DNA from: Phycisphaerales bacterium
Lineage (GTDB): Bacteria; Planctomycetota; Phycisphaerae; Phycisphaerales; UBA1924
NCBI GenBank assembly: GCA_044221985.1
Contig: JBGAOG010000002.1
Coordinates: 7,073 to 71,072 of the forward strand
DNA length: 64,000 nt
Direction of reading: 5' to 3'
The translations under genes and the position numbers were made by a program. Below the pieces are notes generated by a model. The model was not told where the DNA came from. It worked only from the letters and a program-made list of their open reading frames with translations, and searched no databases. This document shows, piece by piece, positions 33,801 through 42,915 of the stretch (position 1 is the stretch's first letter; every line of letters starts with the position of its first letter).

Positions 33801-35348
33801 ATGCCGCGTCGCCCTTGGCTCGTACCCGCCGTTGCCCTCGCTCTTGGCCTGATCGCCGGACCCGTGGCGCTCGCGGCGGGCCCGGACGACTCCGCCGGTG
33901 TGGGCCCGCGCTCGGGGCTTTCGCCCGACCGCAGGGACAAGGCCCGCCAGCTCATCGACAAGAGCGTGGGGTATCTCCGGTCCCAGCAGGACCCCGGCTC
34001 GGGCGGGTGGGGCGTCAACCCCAAGGGCCCGACGTTCACGGCCATCACCGGGCTGGTCCTCGCGGGGCTGATGGCTCCGGGCGAGATCGGGCCCGACGAT
34101 CCGGCCGCCGCCGCCGGCGAGAAGTTCCTGCTCAACTACGTCCAGCCCGACGGGGGGATCTACGACCGCGCCCTGCCGGTGTACAACACGGCCATCAGCG
34201 TTTCGGCGCTGGCACGGTTCTCCGATCCACGGGCCAAGGACGCGGTCAAGAACGCCGCGGAGTTCCTGAAGAAGCTGCAGTACGGCGAGGGCGCGGTCGT
34301 GCTCGAGGGCAACCGCGAGAGCGCCAAGCCCGTGCCCAAGGCCGACTCGTTCTACGGCGGCTGGGGCTATGGCAACCGCGGGCGGCCTGATCTGTCGAAC
34401 ACCGCCTTCGCGCTGGAGGCTCTTCATGCGGCGGGGGTCGAGCCCTCCGACCCGGCCTTCCAGCGCGCCCTGGTCTTCTTGCAGCGCGTGCAGATGCAGG
34501 AGGCCGCCGCGGGGCAGAAGGTCAACGACATGCCCTACGCGGCCGGCTCGACGCAGGGCGGGTTCATCTACGCCACGGGCGTGAACATGGACCGCGCGGG
34601 CGTGGGCGAGAGCTTCGCGGGGGAGACGTTCGAGAGCCTCAGCGAAGGCCCGGGCACGCAGGCCACCATCACGCTCAAGAGCGGCTCCGATGGGAAGCCG
34701 CCCACGCTCACGCGCGACGAGATCGAGCGTCGAATCCGCGAGCAGTTCGAGCAGTCCTCCGATCCGGGCATCGCCGGCGCCAAGTCCCTCTTCGTGGTCG
34801 CGCTCGGGCCCGGGAGCGACGGGCTTGCCGCCAGCCAGTTCGTGGTCCGCTGTGCAATCGAGGACTCCGCCAAGGCCGAGCGCTGCCTCGGGATAGCGTT
34901 CGCAAACACTCCCAACGGCATCACCATCCGCGTCCAGAAGGTCGCCTCCTGGAAGGGCGTGGCCCGTCTGCGGGCCTACGGGTCGATGACGTATTCGGGC
35001 TTCAAGAGCTACTTGTACGCGGGGCTGAGCGACCGCGACCCCAGGGTCCTGGCGGCCCAACGGTGGATCTCTGAGCACTACACCCTCGCTGAAAACCCCG
35101 GGTTGGGCAATGATGGGATGTACTACTACTTCGTGGTGTTCGCCCGGGCTCTGGGGGCCTTGGGACAGGCGGAAATCAGGGTGGAGGGCGATCGGCGTGC
35201 CCGCTGGGCCGACGACCTGGTCGATCGGCTCGGCGAAATGCAGCAGCCGGACGGGTCCTTCAAGAGCGTGGACGGGCGGTGGATGGAGGACAACTCGACG
35301 CTGATCACCGCCTACGCCCTCATCGCCTTGCGCGAGGCAACGCGTTAG
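33801..35348 (+). CDS. secreted prenyltransferase/squalene-oxidase-repeat (alpha/alpha-toroid) protein
   Basis: GGAGG lies 5 nt upstream of the ATG at 33801; the track start is 33789. It has a signal peptide and the repeats GGWG, DGGIYD, YNTAISVSAL, GGWGYGNRGRPDLSNTAFALEAL, YGSMTYSGFKSYLYAGL and DGSF. Confidence 0.75.
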   Translation: MPRRPWLVPAVALALGLIAGPVALAAGPDDSAGVGPRSGLSPDRRDKARQLIDKSVGYLRSQQDPGSGGWGVNPKGPTFTAITGLVLAGLMAPGEIGPDDPAAAAGEKFLLNYVQPDGGIYDRALPVYNTAISVSALARFSDPRAKDAVKNAAEFLKKLQYGEGAVVLEGNRESAKPVPKADSFYGGWGYGNRGRPDLSNTAFALEALHAAGVEPSDPAFQRALVFLQRVQMQEAAAGQKVNDMPYAAGSTQGGFIYATGVNMDRAGVGESFAGETFESLSEGPGTQATITLKSGSDGKPPTLTRDEIERRIREQFEQSSDPGIAGAKSLFVVALGPGSDGLAASQFVVRCAIEDSAKAERCLGIAFANTPNGITIRVQKVASWKGVARLRAYGSMTYSGFKSYLYAGLSDRDPRVLAAQRWISEHYTLAENPGLGNDGMYYYFVVFARALGALGQAEIRVEGDRRARWADDLVDRLGEMQQPDGSFKSVDGRWMEDNSTLITAYALIALREATR

Positions 35349-35465
35349 AATCCCCGCGAAGCCTGTGGCACGGTTGCTTCCCCGGGGGCTTGGGGCCGGC
35401 CATGAGATTGACCTTCACACGCCTCCCGCGTCGATCGCGGGGCGCATGACCACCCGGAGCACGCC

Positions 35466-37004
35466 ATGTCGGCCAGCACCTACCAGGAACTCGTCCAACT
35501 CCACCGCAAGGTCGCGATGATCTCCTCGGTCAGCGCGCTCCTGAACTGGGACCAGGAGACGTACATGCCCCCCGCCGGCGCCGAGTTCCGCGCCGAGCAG
35601 CAGTCCGCCATCGCCCGAATGGTCCACGAGCGACGCACCGACGCCCGCATCGGCGAGCTCCTGCGGGCGTGCGAATCGAACGGCGTCATGAAGAGCATCG
35701 ACGGGGCGGCGGCCAATGTCCGCGAGATGCGCCGCGACTACGACCTGGCCACCAAGCTGCCCACCGACCTCGTCGCCGAGATCGCCATGGTGACCAGCCA
35801 GGCGCAGGAGGCCTGGAAGGCCGCTCGCCGGGACAGCGATTTCTCCGCCTTCTCGCCCTGGCTGGAGCGCGTGATCACACTGATGCGGCGCAAGGCCCAG
35901 TGCCTGGGCGTCCCCGCCGGCGGCGAGCTGTACGACTGCCTCCTGGACGAGAACGAGCCGGGCATGACCGCGCGCGAGCTCGAACGCATCTTCCCGCCGC
36001 TGCGCCAGGCGCTCACCGACCTCATCGCCCAGGTCCGCCGGGCGGCGAGGAAGAAGCCCGTCTCCACCAGGTGCTTCGACGTCAAGCTCGACCCCCAGGC
36101 CCAGCACGCCTTCGGGCTCTTCGTGCTCGGGCAGATGGGCTTCGACCTCAGGGCCGGCCGCCTCGACACCACCACCCACCCCTTCTGCTCGGGCCTGGCC
36201 CCGGGCGACACGCGCCTGACCACCCGCTACCGAGAGGAACGCTTCACCGACGCGCTCTACGGCACCATGCACGAGATGGGGCACGGGCTCTACGAACAGG
36301 GGCTCCCCAAGCTGCCCGCCGACGGCGGGGCGGACCTCTACGGCACGCCCCTGGCCGACGCCGTCTCCCTGGGCATCCACGAGAGCCAGAGCCGCATGTG
36401 GGAGAACTTCGTGGGGCGCAGCCGCGCCTTCTGGAAGTGGGCCCTGCCCAAGTCGCGCAAGTACTTCGGCAAGGCCCTGGACCGCTGGGACGCGGACGAT
36501 TTCAACCGCGCCGTCAACACCGTGACGCCCAGCCTGATCCGCGTGGAGGCCGACGAGACCACGTACAACATGCACGTGATGATCCGCTTCGAGATCGAGC
36601 GGGCCCTGATCGCCGGAGACATGAAGGTCAAGGACGTGCCCGGGGAGTGGAACCGTCGGTACCAGGAGTACCTGGGCGTGAAGGTCCCCGACGACCGGCG
36701 CGGCTGCCTGCAGGACGTGCACTGGTCCTTCGGGCTGGTGGGATACTTCCCCACGTACACGCTGGGCAACCTGTACGCCGCCCAGTTCTGGGAGAAGATC
36801 AACGCCGACATCCCCGCCCTGCACAAGCAGATGGGCAAGGGGCAGTTCGGCGCGCTGCGCGACTGGCTCCTCGTCAACATCCACCGGCACGGGAAGCGCT
36901 ATCGCGCCGGCGAGCTCTGCCGCCTCGTCACCGGGAGCGACCTCTCCGCCGAGCCCCTGCTGCGCCACCTGCGCGCCAAGGCCAGGGCGGTGTACGGGGT
37001 GTGA
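35466..37004 (+). CDS. carboxypeptidase Taq-type metallopeptidase (M32)
   Basis: Contains LLNWDQETYMP, HEMGHGLYEQG (HEXXH), IHESQSR and DVHW...GYFPTYTLGN. Confidence 0.93.
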   Translation: MSASTYQELVQLHRKVAMISSVSALLNWDQETYMPPAGAEFRAEQQSAIARMVHERRTDARIGELLRACESNGVMKSIDGAAANVREMRRDYDLATKLPTDLVAEIAMVTSQAQEAWKAARRDSDFSAFSPWLERVITLMRRKAQCLGVPAGGELYDCLLDENEPGMTARELERIFPPLRQALTDLIAQVRRAARKKPVSTRCFDVKLDPQAQHAFGLFVLGQMGFDLRAGRLDTTTHPFCSGLAPGDTRLTTRYREERFTDALYGTMHEMGHGLYEQGLPKLPADGGADLYGTPLADAVSLGIHESQSRMWENFVGRSRAFWKWALPKSRKYFGKALDRWDADDFNRAVNTVTPSLIRVEADETTYNMHVMIRFEIERALIAGDMKVKDVPGEWNRRYQEYLGVKVPDDRRGCLQDVHWSFGLVGYFPTYTLGNLYAAQFWEKINADIPALHKQMGKGQFGALRDWLLVNIHRHGKRYRAGELCRLVTGSDLSAEPLLRHLRAKARAVYGV

Positions 37005-37042
37005 TGTTGCGTCGCCCGGCGGACGCTCCCTAATCTTGCTCC

Positions 37043-37774
37043 ATGCCGGGGTCTTCCCAGCCGGTGGATACGCCGCGATACTCGGTCTTCTCGGGCGACA
37101 CGCTCGAGGGCCTGCGCCAAGCGCACACGCAGGCACGGACCGCGAACGACGCGGGCATGCTCCGGGCGTGCGGGCTCATCGAGCGAGCGGTCGTCGCCTC
37201 GGACGCGGGGCGGTACGACGAGGCGCGAACGTTGATCGCCGAGGGCCTGGCCGGCGCCACCGACGAGCGATTGCTGTTCCTTGGATTCCAGTTCCACTTC
37301 CGCAACAAGGACCTGGACGAGGCCGAACGACTGGCCCGGCGCAGGCTGGAGCTGGCGCCGGAGCGGTCCGCGGCGGCGTCTCGCGCCTGCACGAACCTGG
37401 GGCTGGTGCACCTGTTCCGCGGGGAATGGGATGCCTCCGAGGCGATGCAGCGACGGGCGCTGGAGATTGATGGCACCCTGGGCGACGAGGCGGGCGTCGC
37501 GCGCGACCTGGGGAACCTCGCGCTGGTGCCCGAGGCGCGCGGGGACCTGGACGCGGCGGCGAAGCTGTACGAGGAGGCACTGGAGATCGCCGAACGGATC
37601 GGGGCGCGGGCCATCGTGGCGACGAAGCTGGCCAACCTGGGGGACATCGCCAGGACGCGAGGAAAGCGGGAAGAGGCGAACTCGCTGTGGACCCGGGCCG
37701 CGAGGTTGTTTGAGGACCTCGGCAACGCCAAGTCGCGCGATGGGTGTCTGGGGAAGCTCTCGAGCCCGCCGTGA
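37043..37774 (+). CDS. tetratricopeptide repeat protein
   Basis: TPR_12-like repeats (NLGLVHLFRGEWDASEAMQRRALEI, DLGNLALVPEARGDLDAAAKLYEEALEIAERIG, NLGDIARTRGKREEANSLW). Confidence 0.7.
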   Translation: MPGSSQPVDTPRYSVFSGDTLEGLRQAHTQARTANDAGMLRACGLIERAVVASDAGRYDEARTLIAEGLAGATDERLLFLGFQFHFRNKDLDEAERLARRRLELAPERSAAASRACTNLGLVHLFRGEWDASEAMQRRALEIDGTLGDEAGVARDLGNLALVPEARGDLDAAAKLYEEALEIAERIGARAIVATKLANLGDIARTRGKREEANSLWTRAARLFEDLGNAKSRDGCLGKLSSPP

Positions 37775-37817
37775 GAGGAGATCCGTGGACCGGAACTCAT
37801 GCGATGGGGCGGCCCGG

Positions 37818-38879
37818 TCAACACACAAAGCCACGCCGAAGCGATTCTCGTGGCTCCTTTCGTTGCCTCCTGCTCAACGAGAAGATACCACACAGTCCGA
37901 AAAGTGCAACCGGAATAGGTGAAGGAACCTCAAATGCCAATCTAAGTCCATGTGTATAAGGTACTTGGTCGGGTGTTCCTCCATGTTGTCCGCCATAGAT
38001 CAGATCGCCTCCGAAGCCAGAAGCCCAACCTGACCCTCGCGTATCTCTCGCATACGCCCCAAGCCCTTGGAAATACACGACTTCCTCCGTCCACTCGCTG
38101 GTGGCGCCCGCCGTGTCGTAGAGCCCCCAGGGGCTGGTGACGTTGGCGTAGGCGCCCAGGGGGATGGTGAACTCCAGCCCGCCGGGAAGCCCGAATCCCG
38201 AGTTCGCCTGGTTCGTCGGGCTCCCGTTTGGGAACCCCACCGGCGGCCCATAGATCGGTGCCACGTCGCTCGTGATGTCATATTGCCACCAGCCGGGCTG
38301 TCCCGTCCCGTTGCGGTTGGGGTCGAAGTGGGCGGCCTTGATCCACTCGTCGAGCGTGGGGATCCAGTAGCGTGCCCCGGGGTTGTGCGTCCATTGATCG
38401 AGGAAAATAGGGGTTCCGTCGGGGGACCCGATGGTGCGGAAGGTGGAGACGTCGTAGGCCCCGTTCATGAACGCGGCCCGGTCGGTGCTCTTATTATTAC
38501 AAAGCCAGTTTGTGAAGATGGCCGCCGTCCGCCACGAGACACCGCCGGTGGGCCTGTTCCCGCTGCCGACCTGGAGCGGCCTCTGCACCCACGGGAGCGG
38601 GTCGGGTCGATTGAACGCGGCGGCGACGAACTCCTGCCAGAGCGAGCTGGGGACCTCGGTGCGCCCGATGTTGTACTCGTAGGCAACGGAGCCGCGCCCG
38701 AGAACGCGGTTGAAGGGATCCGGCCCGTCGTAGGCGGGGTTATTCACCGCCCCGATGCGAACGAAGTCGATCCCGGTGAGCGGGTCGACATCGGCGCGGG
38801 CGGCGGGGGCCGCCATGCTTACACAGGCCAAACCCAGCGAGGCGAGCGCAACGCGAGCGAGGCGAGAGCGAGTCTCCAT
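37818..38879 (-). CDS. FGE-sulfatase (SUMF1/C-type-lectin fold) domain protein with PEP-CTERM-like tail
   Basis: The start is at METRSRLARVALASLGLACVSMAAPAARA (38879). It contains GVSWRTAAIFTNWL, YWIPTLDEWIKAA, WGLYDTAGATSEWTEE, RGSGW and GLRLAF. The tail is VPSPIPVALFGLCGIFSLSRRQRK. Confidence 0.75.
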   Translation of the reverse strand: METRSRLARVALASLGLACVSMAAPAARADVDPLTGIDFVRIGAVNNPAYDGPDPFNRVLGRGSVAYEYNIGRTEVPSSLWQEFVAAAFNRPDPLPWVQRPLQVGSGNRPTGGVSWRTAAIFTNWLCNNKSTDRAAFMNGAYDVSTFRTIGSPDGTPIFLDQWTHNPGARYWIPTLDEWIKAAHFDPNRNGTGQPGWWQYDITSDVAPIYGPPVGFPNGSPTNQANSGFGLPGGLEFTIPLGAYANVTSPWGLYDTAGATSEWTEEVVYFQGLGAYARDTRGSGWASGFGGDLIYGGQHGGTPDQVPYTHGLRLAFEVPSPIPVALFGLCGIFSLSRRQRKEPRESLRRGFVC

Positions 38880-39015
38880 GCCCCCCAGTATGCGCCATGC
38901 CGGCCCAAATGCCAGGAAAGTGGCTGGAATATCGGTCAAAGCGCGGCGAGGGACCGCGGGAGGGTGGGCAGGCGGGTCACCTGCCCCACGAGGTGTGGCG
39001 TCGGTGCCGGCGCGG

Positions 39016-41253
39016 TCAGCAGCCACCCTCGTAGCGGGTGAGGAAGAAGAGGAGGTCGTCGATGGTGACGGCGCCGTCGTGGGTGCCGGTCATGGAGCCA
39101 TCATCGAGGTCGACGCGGACGTCGCCGGCCTCGTACATGGCGAGGAAGAAGAGCAGGTCGTCGATGGTGACGGCGCCGTCGGGCGTGCCGGTCATGGAGC
39201 CGTCGTCGAGGTCCGCGGGGCAGCCCTGGGAGTTGTCGGTGTTGCCGACGTAGAGGATGACGTTGTAGGCCTCGTCGACGCTGGCGGCGGCGGCGCCGGC
39301 GATGGAAGGATCCTGGTAGAGCCCGTCGGCGTTGCGGTCGTAGACGATGCGGGCGGAGAGGACGAGCCCGCCGAGGGACTTGGGGCTCTTGGGATCCAGG
39401 CCGGAGGTGGACGTGTTGTTCCAGGCGCCCGACATCATGCTGCCCGACCAGGGCGCCTCGCTGGCGACGGAGTCGGCGTCGGCCAGGCCCAGGACGGCCA
39501 CGCGGTAGCGAGTCGCCGCGTTGGCGCCCATGAAGCTGTCGCCAACCTTGAGGACGAGTTCGAGCTTGTAGCAGAAGGCGGCGGGGTCGTACACGCCGCG
39601 CAGCAGGGCGGTGGAGAACTCGAAGCCGGGTTGCCCGCCGACGCTGGTGTTGAGGCGGACGGAGCCGACGAACCAGAGGTTTCCGACGGAGTCGAGCATG
39701 GGGGCGGAGAGGGACGGGCCGTCCTTGCCCAGGGAGAGCTCGGAGGTGGAGGCGAGGCGTCCGATGGGCGTGGCGTCAAGGGTGCCGTCGCCCTCGCCCG
39801 CGTCGCTGGTGTTGGGGATGCCGTCGGCGCCGTAATCGCCGGAGATGGCCTTGCCGTCGGCGGTGTTGGTGCTGGTCCAGGCGGCGACGTTCCAGGAGAC
39901 AGTGGAGGAGGGGTTGGCGGGATCAAAGCGGGCGACGAGGATGGCGTTGTAGGGGTTGTCGCTGGCGAAGACGAAGGCGTCGTTGTACGCGACGGCGGCG
40001 GCAAGGGCTCGCCCGCCCTGGTCCTTGGCGAGGGCGACCGGGCCGTTGCCTCCCCGGAAGACGACCTGGCTGTCGTAGTGGCGCAGGTCGGCGCTGGTGA
40101 AGGGGGCGCCGCTGGGCCAGGCGGTGCCGGTGCAGGGGTCGCTGGCAGACGCGGGCAAGGTGAGCAGGCGTGGCGCGACAACGGCGCCGGCGGCGCTCAG
40201 CCCGAAGACCGCGATCGAGTCGTTGCGCCCGTTGGCGGTGGTCCGGGCGAGGATGGCGCCGGTGGCGGGGGAACCGGAGAACATCGCGGCGGCGGAGACG
40301 GAGACGGCGCCGCGATGGTCGGCGGCGCCGGCGAGGTGCGCCGCGGAGTTGGTGAGCACGCCCGCCGAGGTCTCGGCGATGAGCTGGCCCGCGAGGTTGC
40401 TGCCGACGAGCAGGGGGCGGCCGGCGAGGTCCGCGGGGATGCAGGTGGGCGTGTTGGCGGTGACGCCGGCGTTGTTGAGCAGGCGGGTGCTGGCGGCGGA
40501 ATCGGTGGCGCCGGCCGCATCGATCGAGTTGATCGTGGCGCCGCGGGCGGGAAGGGCCACGCGGAAGTAGTTCTCGCCGGCGATGGGGCTGGTCGAGCTC
40601 GTGGCGGTGGTGCTGTCGGCGCGGAAGTAGACGTTGCCGCTCGCGTCGATGGCGCCGAAGCCGAACTGGGAGCGGTCCTGCACGGCCTGGCCCGAGGAGT
40701 TGGACGCCGCCACGACGCGGCGCACGAAGAGGCGCGAGGGCGTCGCGGGGTCGAAGGCGACCTGGCAACCGATGGCCTGGCTCATGAACGACTGGATGCC
40801 GAGCACGTTGGTGTCGCAGTAGTCGAGGAACCCCGCGCCGAACACGCTGGCGGCGCCCGAGGTCGCGATGCTGGAAGTGGCGGCGGCGTTGTTGTTGGGC
40901 CCGCGGCCCGCGCCGGCGGTGGTCCAGTAGAAGTAGCTGGAGGCGGGATAGGGGGCGCCGGTGCGCAGCGTCTGGCTGATCGCCGACGCGCCGTTGAGGG
41001 AAGTGAAACGGCTCGTGCCCGGCGGGCGTCCGGACTTGGCGAGCGGGGCGAGGGCGAAGTGCGTGCCCCAGGAGGTCGTCAGCGGGACGAGGTCAACAAC
41101 GTAGTTGAGCGACTGAAAGCCGGTGCTGAACGGGTCCAGCGCATCGCCGGGGAGGCCGTTGCCACCGTCGGCGTTGGTCGAGACGCTGTCCTGGGCGTGG
41201 GCGAAGCCGGCCAGCAGGGCGAGGGTGAGTGCGGTGGTGGAAGCGAGTCTCAT
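39016..41253 (-). CDS. large secreted protein with tandem GC-terminated dockerin-like C-terminal domain
   Basis: GGAGGG lies 6 nt upstream of the ATG at 41253. The signal peptide is MRLASTTALTLALLAGFAHAQ. The body is 745 aa and Ser/Ala/Gly-rich. The C-terminus is CPADLDDGSMTGTPDGAVTIDDLLFFLAMYEAG...DLDDGSMTGTHDGAVTIDDLLFFLTRYEGGC. Confidence 0.75.
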   Translation of the reverse strand: MRLASTTALTLALLAGFAHAQDSVSTNADGGNGLPGDALDPFSTGFQSLNYVVDLVPLTTSWGTHFALAPLAKSGRPPGTSRFTSLNGASAISQTLRTGAPYPASSYFYWTTAGAGRGPNNNAAATSSIATSGAASVFGAGFLDYCDTNVLGIQSFMSQAIGCQVAFDPATPSRLFVRRVVAASNSSGQAVQDRSQFGFGAIDASGNVYFRADSTTATSSTSPIAGENYFRVALPARGATINSIDAAGATDSAASTRLLNNAGVTANTPTCIPADLAGRPLLVGSNLAGQLIAETSAGVLTNSAAHLAGAADHRGAVSVSAAAMFSGSPATGAILARTTANGRNDSIAVFGLSAAGAVVAPRLLTLPASASDPCTGTAWPSGAPFTSADLRHYDSQVVFRGGNGPVALAKDQGGRALAAAVAYNDAFVFASDNPYNAILVARFDPANPSSTVSWNVAAWTSTNTADGKAISGDYGADGIPNTSDAGEGDGTLDATPIGRLASTSELSLGKDGPSLSAPMLDSVGNLWFVGSVRLNTSVGGQPGFEFSTALLRGVYDPAAFCYKLELVLKVGDSFMGANAATRYRVAVLGLADADSVASEAPWSGSMMSGAWNNTSTSGLDPKSPKSLGGLVLSARIVYDRNADGLYQDPSIAGAAAASVDEAYNVILYVGNTDNSQGCPADLDDGSMTGTPDGAVTIDDLLFFLAMYEAGDVRVDLDDGSMTGTHDGAVTIDDLLFFLTRYEGGC
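39041..39213 (-). repeat. intragenic tandem duplication (two ~71-bp near-identical units, 102-bp period) encoding the two dockerin half-repeats
   Basis: 39041..39111 and 39143..39213 differ at only a few positions (aggaagaagagSaggtcgtcgatggtgacggcgccgtcg...ggtcatggagcc). Confidence 0.8.
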
Positions 41254-41403
41254 AGCGCCCTCCGTGGAGCCCGAGCGGTACCCCCGATAGTGCCCCTGGG
41301 GCTCTGAATAGACGATCATAGCGTCGTCAATACCGAAGCCCAGTACTATCGTCGCAACTTCGCGCGGAGATTCGCGGCACGCAAACCCAGATTCCGCCGT
41401 GCG

Positions 41404-42336
41404 TTATGGGGCCGGCGTGGGCCCGCCCGGACCCAGGCGAACGGCGAGCCGGGCGGCGACCAGCACGTTGTGCTTCACCAGCGCGACGTTCGCCCGCAGG
41501 GTCTCGCCCCCGCTGAGGCGGTGCAGGGCCCCCAGGATGTAGGGCGTGACATCCCGCCCATTCACTCCCATGCGCTGGGCCTCGGACATCGCGGCGGCGA
41601 CCCAGCGATCCCAGTGAAGCCCGGGTAGCGACTCGTCGCGCTCGGGGATCGGGTTGGCGACCACCACGCCGCGGCCTGTGCGCGTCAGCTCGGCGTCCAC
41701 GAACGCGGCCAGGTCGTCGAGGTCGTCGAAGCGCGCATCGACCTTGGGTCCGCCCGGCCCCAGGGAGCGGAGGTAGAAGGCCGGGAAGTCGCGCGTCCCG
41801 AACCCGACCACGGGAATGCCCAGGGTCTCGAGGACCTCGCGGGTCGCGGAGACGTCGAGCAGGCTCTTGACGCCGCTGGTCACCACCGCGACGGGAAAGC
41901 GGGTGAAGGCGGCGAGATCGGCGGAGATGTCCAGGTGCGATCCGTAGCCGCGGTGCACTCCGCCCAGACCGCCGGTGGCGAAGACGCGCACCCCCGCGGC
42001 GGCGGCGAGTTCCATGGTGGTGGCCACGGTCGTGGCGGCGTGCTCGCGCGCGTGCAGGTACAGCCCGAGGTTCGAGGTGTTGGCCTTGGGGACGCGCTCG
42101 GCGCCGAGCAGGTCGGAGAGCTCGTGCTGGTCCATCCCGACGGTGGGCCTCCCGCGGTGCACCCCCACGAGGGCCGCGCTCGCCCCTTCCCCCTCGGCGA
42201 TGGCCGTGAGTTCCTGAGCCAGGCGAGCGCCCTCGCCCTTGGGCACGCCGTGGAGCAGGAGGGTGGTTTCGAGGGCCACGGCCCGGGGCCCGGCGCGAGA
42301 AACCAGGGCTGGGAGAACGCCCTTGGGCATCGGCAA
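41404..42336 (-). CDS. psuG: pseudouridine-5'-phosphate glycosidase
   Basis: Contains ALETTLLLHG, TVATTMELAAAAGVRVFATGGLGGVHRG, DISADL, VVTSGVKSLLD, ETLGIPVVGF and FPAFY. Confidence 0.9.
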   Translation of the reverse strand: MPMPKGVLPALVSRAGPRAVALETTLLLHGVPKGEGARLAQELTAIAEGEGASAALVGVHRGRPTVGMDQHELSDLLGAERVPKANTSNLGLYLHAREHAATTVATTMELAAAAGVRVFATGGLGGVHRGYGSHLDISADLAAFTRFPVAVVTSGVKSLLDVSATREVLETLGIPVVGFGTRDFPAFYLRSLGPGGPKVDARFDDLDDLAAFVDAELTRTGRGVVVANPIPERDESLPGLHWDRWVAAAMSEAQRMGVNGRDVTPYILGALHRLSGGETLRANVALVKHNVLVAARLAVRLGPGGPTPAP

Positions 42337-42417
42337 CGGTAGCGCGATGGAGAGAAAGCCGGGCGTGGGGAATGACGCCCCGGGCCAGATGCCCTGGGCA
42401 CCATGGGCATGGGAAAG

Positions 42418-42448
42418 AAAAACACCCGCGGACGTTCGCCCGCGGGTG
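42418..42448 (-). terminator. intrinsic terminator downstream of HU-like gene
   Basis: The minus strand reads CACCCGCGG-loop-CCGCGGGTG followed by TTTTT, about 28 nt after the stop at 42476. Confidence 0.6.
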
Positions 42449-42475
42449 CTATCGAAGATCCGATGGGACCGAGGC

Positions 42476-42844
42476 TCAGACGGCGGACTTGAGGGCCTTG
42501 AGCGGGCGCACCTTGACGACCGTGCGCGCGGGCTTGGGCTTGACTTCCATCATCTCGCCCGGCTTGAAGGGGTTGGGCTTGGTGGCGGCCTTGGTGGCGG
42601 GCTTGTGGATGGCGGAGATCTTCAGCAGCCCGGGGACGACGAAGATCTTGGGCTTGCCCGGGGAGGGCTTGGCCAGGTCGACGGAGATGACCTTGCCCAA
42701 GGACTCGAACACGCCGGCGACCTGCTTGCGGGACAGCCCGGTCTGCTCGCCCAGCACGGTGAAGAGCTCGCTCTTCTTGCGGGGCTTGCTGCTGGCGGTG
42801 ATCTTGGGGGCTTTGAACGTGGGCTTCGCGGTCTTCTTGGCCAT
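42476..42844 (-). CDS. HU/IHF-family DNA-binding protein with Lys-rich N-terminal extension
   Basis: The HU core reads SELFTVLGEQTGLSRKQVAGVFESL...NPFKPGEMMEVKPKPARTVVKVRPLKALKSAV. The N-terminus is MAKKTAKPTFKAPKITASSKPRKK. Confidence 0.8.
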   Translation of the reverse strand: MAKKTAKPTFKAPKITASSKPRKKSELFTVLGEQTGLSRKQVAGVFESLGKVISVDLAKPSPGKPKIFVVPGLLKISAIHKPATKAATKPNPFKPGEMMEVKPKPARTVVKVRPLKALKSAV

Positions 42845-42915
42845 TCGTCTTTCTCCTTAAAGCGTGGCTTCGGACTCCAACAACGCCGGTGTTCTACAAC
42901 ACCCACGGGCGATGT

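Noticed and set aside
37818-38879. Diversity-generating retroelement targeting the FGE-sulfatase/CLec-fold gene
   Set aside because: No reverse transcriptase, Avd-like gene or template repeat is present in the window. The low-GC 3' patch has no second copy that I could find by eye. The idea is kept only as something to test genome-wide.
39041-39213. Near-identical direct repeats, considered as a possible CRISPR-like or regulatory repeat
   Set aside because: There are only two copies, both in-frame inside a CDS, and they encode the two dockerin half-repeats. There is no spacer architecture.
38755-41307. 850-aa plus-strand ORF
   Set aside because: It is antisense to the 745-aa secreted GC-dockerin protein. 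Its composition is Gly/Ala/Arg/Val junk.
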